Below are positions 27,277 through 40,145 of a stretch of DNA of 64,000 nt, piece by piece (the stretch's first letter is position 1; each line of letters opens with the position of its first letter). The stretch is from NCBI GenBank assembly GCA_012295275.1, contig CM022679.1, positions 24,924,001 to 24,988,000 of the forward strand, written 5' to 3'. The notes under the pieces are model-generated. The model searched no databases. It saw only the letters and a program-made list of their open reading frames with translations, and was not told where the DNA came from. A program made the position numbers and the translations under genes. This DNA is from Chrysomallon squamiferum (taxonomy: Eukaryota; Animalia; Mollusca).

Positions 27277-28594
27277 ATAACTACAGCAAGATTTACATTT
27301 TGATAAAGCACCTAATCTCATGTAATTATTATGTTTCGCATATTCGTTGTTCTGAACAAGTAGCAGTTCCCAGGAGTCTCTACTACTGTTTTACATGAAT
27401 AATAGCTCTTTGTACATGTATTTCTCTGGGAAAACCAAAACAATAAAAATTGTGTTGAATCATTTTGTCAGTCACCTCTGACATCTATTCCTAGATATGA
27501 AAGAAAAAAACAATAAGGTGACCTTTTAAGGCTATTCAAGATTTATGTATTGTGATAAACCTCTGAATCTGCACAAGTAAGTCATGTAACACTCAACACA
27601 CGTGAAGTATCGGAAGATCGTCTTACAGTTAACGTGTGCAGCAGTACAAAGACATCAGTTTTTGTTTTCAGATTACAAGGTGATAGACTCAGAGCATGAT
27701 CCAACTCTAAACACGAAAACAATATACATTTCATGGGTTTTGTTTTATATATATAAAGACTAAATCCAAAGATATATATTTTTTTAAATTAATTTATAAA
27801 ACTAAATAAATGTTTTTTGAATGATTTTGTTTTGTTTAGTTAATGAGTCTATTGAGATTATGAATTACTACATGCACCAAACTCTATTTTGAATTCACTT
27901 ATATCAGAGAATCAATGAGAGATCACATATGGTTTGCAACTGAAAACAAGTTTCTGATGGAAATGTTTTAATATTTCTAAGTAATAATAATAATAACGAT
28001 AAATCACCAAGAACAATAAACCAGTTTGATATATAAAAATGTTAACAAAACTATTTTAAAGTGATACAGGAGTAAATTAATAAAATTATTAAGCTTGATG
28101 ATAACAAATGGGATGAAATTTTTAAACTAAATTGTCAGTATAAGACTAATGAAATAACGAAATTGATAAATATAACAATTCATGATAAATCCAATATTCA
28201 ACTTAACTCAGTAATCTCAACTAATAATAAATAAAAATTACTTCCATAAATGGAAAGTCAGTCTTTTCGGCAGTTTTCATTTTCACTCAATGAAGCCTGT
28301 GTGTGTTGAGAATGGCAGTTTCCGTGTCTGTGCTCCAAGAACGAGAATGTTACAAGCTGCCTTTTTTTTTTTTTTTTTTTTTTTTTTGGACAAGTTTTGT
28401 AGACATCATCCTCGTAACATCTGAATATATATTATATTTTATTTATCTATTTATTTATTTATTTATTTATTTATTGACGTTATTGTTGCTGCTGCAATTG
28501 TTCTGTATTATTAATCTTTGTTAGTGGTATCATTATCATCACTATTATCTTCATCATCATCATCATCATCATCACCATCACCATCATCATCATC

Positions 28595-28652
<58 letters not shown>

Positions 28653-28782
28653 CATCATCAGTATTATCATCATCATTATTATTATTATATCATGGTTTAA
28701 AGAAATATAAATTTCTTCAGGTCGGAACGATGTTTATAAATGCCGTGGAAGAAAAAAAATATCTGAGAGCAACATTAATTAT
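27277..28782. repeat. ~1.5 kb direct repeat, copy 1 (copy 2 at 31975-33406)
   Basis: Collinear shared blocks such as tcggaagatcgtcttacagttaacgtgtgcagcagtacaaagacatcag and gtgctccaagaacgagaatgttaca. Confidence 0.92.
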
Positions 28783-28902
28783 TCCGAAAATTCTTCCGAA
28801 CTGTATTAATTGTTTTTATTTATTTTTAATATTTTATAAATTTTCATTTTATTTTATCTTATTAACATTTTTTAATATGTCTGTATGCGCATGTTCGTTT
28901 GT

Positions 28903-28906
<4 letters not shown>

Positions 28907-28996
<90 letters not shown>
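28907..28996. repeat. Compound (GT)n(GA)n microsatellite
   Basis: Seen directly. Confidence 0.98.
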
Positions 28997-29000
<4 letters not shown>

Positions 29001-29112
29001 TTAGAAAGTTTAAAAACTGACAGTCAGAAACATTAACACAGCGTTTATGAATCACAAAACTCTATCTATCTATCTATCTATCTATCTATGTATGTATATA
29101 TAGATAGATTCG

Positions 29113-30160
29113 GGTTCATGTGTTAACAAATTCTTGATTGCGTGGTTTCAGTTATTAGTGTGTTGTTATTATTAAAATCATCTATCATTTACTTTTTCAC
29201 AGAAACTTCAGCGTAAAACGTTAAAAAGAAAACCCAGTAATATGTGGAAATCTCAAATTTTCATTGTTTCATTATGCACATAATGCTATCCGTTTCATTT
29301 CAGCTCACAAATTGTTGTTTATTCGTTAAGTCAGAAAGGAACAAACGCAGCATAATATTACATGTATTATACACGTATGTACGTAGTGGCAAGATATGCT
29401 GACAAAATACATTTCTGTTGTTTCGGGCAAGTTCATAAAATTGACTTCGTTAACCATTCAACAGTATTGATTTCATAAGTTTACAAATTACTAGCTTATT
29501 ATCAAGATAAGTAACTTAAAATTGTTAGCTAGATCCTGCATAAAAATTAAGAAAAAATATGTTTTATTAAACTTCATATTGTAAATCAGGTTTAAACAGA
29601 TAAACAGAAAAGAAACATACTATTACAACACACAGCTATTCATTTTCCATTAGCAGCTTCAGATCTTTTCAAGCAAATACCTTTAACAAAATAATCATGC
29701 GGCAATAGTTGGATTGTTTTATGTGAAAACGTCTTATCCGGATGCTCTTTCTAGCAATCTGAACATTGATTTATTTTTAATAAATTTTACCAACACCAAT
29801 TGAACAAAGATATTAAAATTATTAGAAACCAAATTTTGGATTCATGTGTTAAAAAAGTGTGGATTACAGGGTTTCAGTTATTAGCGTTGTTATTATTAAA
29901 ATCATCTATCGTTTAGTTTTTCACAGAAACATGAGCGTAAAACGTTAAAGAAGAAGAAAAAAAATCCATTAATATGTGGAGATCTGAAATTTTGATTGTT
30001 TGATTATGCATACAATGGTGTTTGTTCCATTTCAGCTCACAAATTGATGTTCATTCGTTAAGAAACAAACCGACCATAATATTACATGTAGTCACGTACG
30101 TACGTAGTGGCAAGATATGCTGACTAGATAAATTTCTGTTGTTTCGGGCACTGAATTTAC
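29113..30160. repeat. Two diverged direct copies of a ~330-bp unit (29113-29450, 29840-30160)
   Basis: Shared ttcatgtgttaa…ggtttcagttattag…atttcagctcacaaattg…acgtagtggcaagatatgctgac. Confidence 0.85.
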
Positions 30161-30465
30161 TTCGACAAATACACGTAAATTATACACAGTTAAAAGTTAT
30201 TTCTCTTTGCATGCAGTGGCTGGTTTAGATCTTAAAAGACTGTTCTGAAAATAGTTTTCATTTTAAAAATAATAAATAAATTGCCGTTATTTATTCTACC
30301 TATGATCTATATATTAATATATAACATGATCGTTGAATGCGTTTTGATCGTTGTAGGATGGTTACTAATAAACAGATAATTAATTTAATTGGCAAAAACC
30401 AAATTTGTTGTTTCTTCTTTACTGCTTTTATTTATTTTTAGTTTTGTTTGTTCGTTTATTTATTT

Positions 30466-30496
<31 letters not shown>

Positions 30497-30583
30497 TTTG
30501 TTATCAGCCGAAGCAGGACTCAATTTCCAAAAAGTTTCTGTCAATAGAGAACGCATGTAACTCATCATATTTTTTTTTTATTC

Positions 30584-30619
<36 letters not shown>

Positions 30620-31152
30620 TGCATGCTACCAACTATTCACTGTATAACAACAGATCACACACACTCTGGAATGTTGTTTCATTGTGTTTATTTCATACCT
30701 CAGAATATCAGGTTAACTGTCCTGTACACATGCGCATTACTGTACACAGTATCACGCACTGAGAAATGTTCTAATGAAATATCGCCATAGTATTGGTTTG
30801 AGGAATAAGTCATTGAGGTTACATTAAATTTAATCATCACATAGAAGAAAACTTAAGCTTGATTGATAACAAGATGTAATATAATCAATAATCTATTCTC
30901 CGTTGTTATTTACCACTTCTTCCCAATGGTCAAGACGTTTTTCTGCAATAAATTTGAATCAATTATGAACCGCAGTGACTTATTTCTCAACACAATACAT
31001 TCAACAAAAATTATTTATAGACAAGCAAAATAAATAGCTTATAAAGTTTGTGAAAAGATCTTAAAAAAAAAAAAAAAACAAAGCTAACTTTGGCTTAACA
31101 CACACACACACACACACACACAAACCATAATACAAAGATGAAATATAATGGG

Positions 31153-31155
<3 letters not shown>

Positions 31156-31238
<83 letters not shown>
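31156..31238. repeat. (CT)n microsatellite
   Basis: Seen directly. Confidence 0.98.
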
Positions 31239-31240
<2 letters not shown>

Positions 31241-31974
31241 AGAACAACAAATCGTATACAATATTCAGTAAAACGTTCGTCGTAGACCTAAGCTACAAGA
31301 TTACCTAAAACTGTGTAAGTTGCTTTGCTTGTCTAATCAACCTGTTTCCTAAGATTTTATCAGTTATTCAATAACTCCAGCGAAGCTTGTCGTCTCAAAA
31401 AGACTAAACGCTCACTGTAACCAGTCAAACATCAACTTCACTTCATTATGTGCAAAGTCAAACTCAAAGACAAAGTGTCAAAATTATAAAATCATATTCA
31501 TCATGATACATGTTTTAAACTATTACACGTGTTTATTATTTCATGTTGCTATGATGTTTTCATTCGTTTCTTTCACCAGTTTAAAAAGCATTTTCATATT
31601 ATGTTCGTTATCGGACACAAACTGTGTAACATCAGGGATAACGCGACGTGGGAGAAACACTCGCACTAAACTTCACCTTATTTTTAACCCATGACGAAGT
31701 TCTAACTTGACTGGGTTTTTTATTCTAAATTTATTTAGGATATTTTATAGAAGGTGTGCACATTTATATTGTATTAACTTAGTTACTAACACTTTATTTC
31801 TTCTTCTTTTCTTAATTTATGTATCTCATTATCTCTCTCTCTATATATTAATGATTATGATGATGATGATGATGTTGATAATGGTGATGATAATGATAAC
31901 AGTATACAAGATTAATGATGTAGAAGAATAGAAACAACAACAAAATCGACAATAAATAAATAAATAAATAAATA

Positions 31975-32497
31975 ATAACTACAGAAAGATTTACATATTT
32001 TGATAATGCACTTAACATCATTTAATTACTAAGTGTCGGATATACGTTGTTCTGAACAAGTAGCCGTTCCCAAGAATCTCTACCACTGTTTTACATGAAT
32101 AACAGCTCTTTGTATACGTATTTCTCCGTGAAAAATAAAACATAGTAAAAATTGTGCTGAATCATTAAAGTTATCACTCACCTCGAACGTCTCCGAAGTA
32201 TAAAAGAGAAAAAAACAATAAGGTGACCTTTTAAGGTCATTCAAGATTTATATATTATGAAAAACCTGTGAACCTGCACAAGTAAGTCATGTGACACTCA
32301 CCACACGTGGAGTGTCGGAAGATCGTCTTACAGTTAACGTGTGCAGCAGTACAAAGACATCAGTTTTTGTTTTCAGATTACAAGGTGATAGACTTAGAGT
32401 GTCATCCAAGTCTAAACACGAAACCAATATACATTACATAGTTTTTGTTTTAGATATATAAAGACTAAATCCAAAGATAATTTTATATTTTATTATT

Positions 32498-32545
<48 letters not shown>

Positions 32546-33168
32546 ATTATTATTATTATTATTATTTTAATGTTTTTGTTTTGTTTAGCTAATGAGTCTA
32601 TTAAGATTATGAATTATTACAAGTACCAAACTTTATTTTGAAGTCACTTATATCAGAGGATCAATAAGAGATTGTGGTTTGCAACTGAAAATACAAAGAA
32701 TTAACATGCATTCTATGATGGAAACGTTTTAATATTTCCTAAGTAATAATAATAATGGTAAGTCACCAAGAACAATAAACCAATTTGATATATAAAAATG
32801 TTAACAAAACTACTTTAAAGTGATACAGGAGTAAATAAATAAAATTATTACGCTTGATGATAACAAATGGGATGACATTTTTAAACTAAATTGTCAGTAT
32901 AAGACTAATGAAATAACAAAATTGATAAATATAACAATTCATGATAAATCCAATATTCAACTTAACTCGGTAATCTCAACTAATAATAAATAAAAATTAC
33001 TTCCATAAATGGAAATTCAGTCTTTTCGGCAATTTTCATTTTCACTCAATGAAGCCTGTGTGTGTTGAGAATGGCAGTTACCGTGTCTGTGCTCCAAGAA
33101 CGAGAATGTTACAGGCTGCCTTTTGTTTTGTTTTTTTTTGACGTTTTATAGACATCATCCTCTAACTG

Positions 33169-33201
<33 letters not shown>

Positions 33202-33406
33202 ATTGATGTTGTTGTTGCTGCTGCAATTGTTCTGTATTATTAATCTTTGTTACTGGTATCATCATCATCATCATCATCATCATTGTTACTATTTTATTAT
33301 TATTATTATTATATCATGGTCTAAAGAAATATAATTTTCTTCAGGTCGGAACGATGTTTATAAATACCGTGGAAGAAAAAAAATATCTTAGAGCAACATT
33401 AATTAT
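31975..33406. repeat. ~1.45 kb direct repeat, copy 2 of 27277-28782
   Basis: Same collinear blocks as copy 1. Confidence 0.92.
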
Positions 33407-34115
33407 GTTTATAATGAGCATTATTATGAACAATTCTGGAAACAAATGGGATGATTTTAGTAGACCATTTTAAGTAAATAACAGGTAAATGCAGTCCTTG
33501 TATAAAACATCATGATATAAATAAATAAATAAATACAATAAAATAAAAAACACAGAACAAAACAAAAACAGAAACAGTAACAACCCCCTGCAAAAAAACC
33601 CATATGTATGGAAATTTATATTATTTATTTTAATAATAAAACCCCAGACAAATCATCAACATAATAAAGATAATTACTTTATTTATGTCCATAACAAACA
33701 ATTTAATTTATCTAGAAACAGAAATGATTCATAATTTCTTCTTTGAAAAATAAAACAACTTTAAACCATCAACAGATTTACATTTAACAAACTAAAGCAT
33801 GGTTCAGCTCATGATTTGTATCTGTTAAATTATAACCAGAGTGTAGGAGTTTGTTGTGGACAGAACATGTTTGTTAGTTACATAATGAGATTTGTTTCCT
33901 CTGACTCTGTTAAAACTGAGATCATCTTAAAATGTGGATCAGTTTTGGTGTACAAAATAGTTAATGGGCCATATTATATATATATGGGCCATATTTTATA
34001 TATATATATATACTCACACACAAACATATATATGATATCTAGTTGATAATTAATGTTGAGGTGAAAACTAAATAATCTAGCTGGTCACTTTATTTAATTC
34101 CCAAATTAATTCCAC

Positions 34116-34147
<32 letters not shown>

Positions 34148-36682
34148 TCCTACTTTTATTAAATCGAAATATTACATTAATTTCCATTGTTTTTTTCCTT
34201 GTAAATCTAAAGCTTAAAAATATATGATAAAGAAATAGAAAGGAACACTTATTCAAGTGGAAATTTCTTGATACATTTAGATACCAGTTTAGTGTTTTAT
34301 GTTCTGAATTTACCACAATTAATAAAAAGTTCCTGTATATTGTCTGAATTATTTTGTATGCTAGTGTTCATACACAGTGCTGAGGAAAATAAATTGTGAA
34401 ATTAATGTTAAATTTGTTTTTCAGTTTAAATAAAAACTCCCAGAATATTTACACAAAACTTTTACATCATTTCAAAGCAATTAATTATTTATTTAGATTG
34501 TGATACTCTATTGTGATAACAAACAGTTAAACAGAGAATGAAACAAAACATTATTTCAAAAATAAATAACCAAGCATGTTTTAAAAAATATTTATTTTAA
34601 AAAGATTTCATATTAAAATAACACTCCAATCAAAACAAAAAATATAATATCATTAGTCATCCATATACTTTGTAAATGCTAAAATGTATGGTAAAAAATA
34701 TATTTAGAGGACGGATGAAAGTTAAATGCAAGTATTACCGTGATTGTTATAATGCACACACATATACCCCCATTTGTCTTACCAAATTGTAATACATTTA
34801 TCATTCTATGAGAGCTAAATATTGAAGAGAAAAATATAAACTAAAATTTTTAATTGTTTTTTGAATAACAATCATCATTTTTTTAAATAAACATTTTCTA
34901 AATACTTATATATCTTTCTAGCTTTCATACATTTTATATTATGTACAAACACAAATATACGTAAAGAAAATACAGCAAATATGTTTTTCTTGTACGCAAT
35001 ACAAGTAGCAGTGTTAGTTGATTCAAATAAAATTTAAATACAAAAATTAAAATATACATTGATAACTAATCTACATAAAATTATTAATATTTATTTTAAA
35101 AATGTTTCATATAAAAATTCTACAAAAATAGTTGGTTGTAAAATATATATTTATGTGTTATACACTCACGTCTTACTATTAATTATATAGGTATCTTGTT
35201 ACAAATAAATATCCCATATAATATACATTTTACTGCTTGAGAGTTAGGTTTTAAGATGATATTATTATTATTATGCCATCTATCTCTTTTGAATAACAAT
35301 CAGGTTAATTGATATCAGTGGAGCTAATAGTTTTGTTTGTTTAAAGATTTTCATAATTTTCAGATTTTCAAATTTTCAACACAAAATTACTGAATTAAGA
35401 AAATTAAATATTCCTTCATTACATCATTTAAAAATGATAAAACAAATCCCACAAAAAAAACCCACATGAGTTTCTAAATATTTATATATCATTCTAACTC
35501 ATACATTTTCATAAATAAAAAACAGAAAATGTTCTTTGGTAGTAGTATGCAAAATGAGTAGTAGTGTTAGGATGATTAAAATAAAAATTTAAATAAAACA
35601 AAAATAAAAATTGGTAACAACATAAAATTATGAGTTATTACCAGCTCATTAATAAAGTTTATATTTTCGTTAGCAGATATCTTGTGACTAATTCTTATAA
35701 TTTCAGTTGTACTGAAATCTTGTAGTAGATCTATTTTTTTAATTTGCTTGTTGACTACATGTCAAGTCAGCAGTGACTATGAACAACACTGTTCTCTGTA
35801 GATCACTTCTTGTGTCATACAGCTTCTTCTGGAGAGTTGTTGTATTACACCACTTATTAAAAAAATTTGTTTTTTTTGTTTTGTTGGGTAAATGTTTTTG
35901 AAACAAATGTTTTCTGAACAAAGAAATATAAAAGGAATGTAGAAGGTTATCTATATGAAATGGAACTATAAAGTAAAATATCAAATACTGTTATAATCAG
36001 AGGCACTATGGTTTAAAAATAATTTTATACACAATGTAAAAAAGTATATTTTTATAAACAGTATAAAAACAAGAATATTCAAATGAGAAATTACACTAAA
36101 AATTAATAAAACACAAGCAAAAAGTTATGATACAATTGTTCCAAACTGTATACAAGTAAACAAATAAAGAACAACAAATTTATGTCATCTGAAAAAAAAA
36201 AATATATAAATAAATAAATAAAAAATAAAATCTAGCATGTAAGCATTTTCATATATCAAATCAAATATAAATTAATAAATAACAAATTTCTGTTATTTTC
36301 ATCTAACAGAATCTAGCATATAAGCATTTCCAATGATATTGAATTGTAACTGTTCTGGTTAAAAACGGTATAGAAAAATCCCCATTTATCTGAGGATTTA
36401 GCCTGCTTGAAATATATTTTCCTATATGTTTATTAATTAACATAAAAGACACTGTATCAGTCAGGCTGTTTGAAATCTTGTAAACATGTCACTGTATTGC
36501 TCTATTAATCATTATCAAAGACTGGATACAAAGAATAAAATAGTCATTTGAAAACATACAAAATGATTGATCACACACTCAGAGGTATACTCAAAAATTA
36601 AAATCTATTTACGACATCACTGACACACCTTGTGAAAAAAATAGTGTTTCCATGTCAACATCAATACACTTTACAAAATAAG

Positions 36683-36921
36683 TTAAGCATCTTCATCTTT
36701 CTTGGTGACATCATTGGTAGTCTGATGCTGTTCTCTTGTTGGTGCTTGCTGTTTTGTGTCAGTCAACATGCTTATAATCTTATCAATCTTCTCATCAGTC
36801 TCTTTTGACAAGTTGTTATCTGTCTGAACTGATACTGAACTGAAAATGCAATAAAAATAAGTAGGCACACACCCACCTCCCAACACACTGTCTATATGAA
36901 AGCAAAATAAAAATAAATACG

Positions 36922-36974
<53 letters not shown>

Positions 36975-39900
36975 TTAAAAATTATTTTGACAAGATTTAT
37001 AGGAAACAAAAAAGAAAAGGAAGATAAAAAGTTTGTGACAGGTTGTCCAGGCACTGTGAAATAAATGCAGTCTTCAAAACATTTTTAATAAAAGAATGTG
37101 ACAATATGTGAAAACAATGTTAAACTTGCAAGGTAGCATAGACCACAGCTTTCTTAAACTGTTTTCAAACTAGTGTTATAGGATTCAGACCAGCAGTTAT
37201 TATATTAATTTTGAATATTATACATAAGTAAACAACAAGTAATTTATCTAAGTAAAAATAGTTCTCTCCCAAAAAGCTTTATGACTGGTTAGTAACTGAT
37301 GCTTTATAAATTTATCATGTTAACACATCTTGCCATTACATACAGTTACTGCAGAACACACATAGACATCACACCAAGAATTTTGATGGAAGAAATTGGA
37401 CTGAATGTAAACCTCAGTGCACTCAACAATATCATAAGACATCTAGCAAAATTCTACTAAATATTAAAATTACCGTTTTTCTATTTTGCTGACTCCCTTT
37501 TCAAGTTTCTGTCTTTCAGGAATAGTATAAGACAGGTATTTTTTTGTAGCTTCTTTCTCAAACTGAGACAGAATTGTAATGTCTTTCTTCTCTACAATAA
37601 ATAAAAAAAGTTTAACACAATTACTGTTCACTGCATCATGAACATAATGAGAAAAAAAAAATTGATAAATCTCTACATATTTGTTATATTTACTGTTAGC
37701 AGTTGTTTCCTTATGAACAAAATAATCATTTAAATAAATCAAACCGCTTTATCAAAATAATTCTGCTATTTAATTCACATTACCATAAGTAATTTTTAAT
37801 TTTTATTGTCATTTATATATTTTTCTTTTTTTACTCTGTACTTATTTATTTATTTATTTATGATGGTATTGTTGTCATCACAGATATTTTAAAAGTATCA
37901 GAATTTACTCATTTTCTGCATCATAATGTATTATCTATATCCAGACAAGAAAATGCAGTCAATAACTTCAACATACTTGTTATATATTTGTAATAGTTGA
38001 GAATCTCTGATATACAGAAATTACACTTTGGCTGCTAAATAACATTTCAAATATACATCTTGAGTAGTAACTGCAACAGACATATTTTCTCTATTATTCT
38101 CCATTACTAACTATTGTTTTACTATCACAGATATATATATATCAAAAGTACTTATTAAAGCACTGGGTATCGTACCTATTTTACATATCTTGTAAATCAT
38201 CCATCTAATAATCCGGAACAAATGCTCCAAAATGATAAAAGGAGGAACCAGAGTGGGGCAATTGTGGTATTCATTTATGAGAGAGAGGCGATAAAAACTC
38301 CATACTTTTGTTGATCTGGTTTGAATTGATTGAAATGTATAACTGGAAAAAAAATTCCAAAAAACCAGTTATGTTAACAAATTTCAAAAAACAAAAAGAA
38401 TTGTCAAAATGTATGAACGGTGAAATTTTCTTTTCTTCATCACATCTTTGCTTAAATAGAAATGTTAAAATAAGTAAATAAATAAAGAAAGAAGGAAAGA
38501 AAATAATAAATAAAGAAAATCAGCATCTGACAGAAATTAGTCATTGAAAAATAATGTTATTCTACCAAATAAATGTGGATTTTTGATGATGTTAAAAACT
38601 GGAGAAATATACTTGTTATTATACTGTGGTAATTTATTTATTTAAGATTTATATTTGAAGTTCAAACATAATATGTATTCATATTATATATTCAGACCAC
38701 TAGTCAAATTGTAACTTGTATAAAAAATAAAAACAAAAACAAAAACAACAACAACAACAGTTTAACAAATATCTGCCATATCTTTACTATACTTCTGCAG
38801 TAACAGCACAGTGTGACTTTAAAATTCTTTACTAACCTGAACATGGCAATAAGAAGGTTGACAAGGAGAATGTTTGTCATCAGCAGGTACACAGCCAACA
38901 ACAGAGTGCTCAGCCAATCAGCTTCTGGACATCGCTGATCAAGATCCTCCTGCCAAATAGTCTGGTTAGTTGTACAGCCTGATATTTCTTCTCCTGAATA
39001 ATACGTAAATATATAAAATATATATGTACAAGTGAATAAGTAAATAAAACGTAGAATAACAAATGAGTAAGTAAATAGAATAAAGAAGAACAAGTAAGTC
39101 AATACTTAAATGGTTTCATGTACACTTGATATTTCTTCAATTGAATATAAAGTGAAAAACGTAAATAACTAAATAAATGAACAAGTACAAATAAGTAAGT
39201 ATTTATATACATTGTACAGCCTGGTGTGTCTGCACATGAATAACATATAAGTAAATAAATAAGTACAAGTGATAAGGAAATACTTCTGGAGTGTTAAGTA
39301 ACTGCTTTCAAATCTCCATGTTCTGAAATGTCGCATATTTGCAATTGCTAAAATATATTATAGTCTTCTGAATAAAGAATTGTTAATTTTTAGAAACACC
39401 TTTTGAAAAAGCAGATGCTAAGGCAAAACATTTTTGATTTGAAAAGACATTCTAATTGCCACACTAAGTATTGATAGTGTGTAAATGAGAATGACTTTTT
39501 AGAAAATCAACTAAAAATAATTTTAAATCTGAGATCAAAACAAAAATTATACAGAAACTGAAACTTAAGCAAAACAGTTTTTTTGGCAGGTAGTGCTGTA
39601 ATAGAAATCTATTATCTCTGACTCATGGAGTCATCATTGTTAGATCAGCATTATAACTATACAGTTTTCTCTAATAACTCTAGTCAAAATAAAATAAATA
39701 CCTTCAATTCTGTCTAGGAAAAGTTCACTATACATCTGAAAGTAGGGCAACAGTAACACATTTTTGAGAATCGTCCATGACGGTGGTGAGTTTGGGTACA
39801 TGTTGATGTGGTAGGCGATGCCAAAACTGACCACAAACACAAGGAAGATGTAGAAGAAATATGACAGATCAATCAGCTGAAAAATAAGTTAATAGAAGAT

Positions 39901-40106
39901 TATTAAATAACATCTGCAAATGTATGTATTCATAAATAAAACAAATACATAGACAAAAATAAACATCATAAAATTCATAACAGTGGCTATTAGAATTATA
40001 ATTATCATTTTGTACTAATAATAAAAAAAAAACCCTGTAATTCTAATAAATATTATCATTATCATTATAAAATGATTTTATTATCACTAAAAATATTAGA
40101 TTACGC

Positions 40107-40145
<39 letters not shown>

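Noticed and set aside
28303-31931. Short ORFs with poly-S/H/Y, CV, ER, L or M runs
   Set aside because: Translations of microsatellites.
27277-33406. LTR retrotransposon (two long direct repeats)
   Set aside because: No TG…CA ends, PBS, PPT, TSD or gag/pol remnants.
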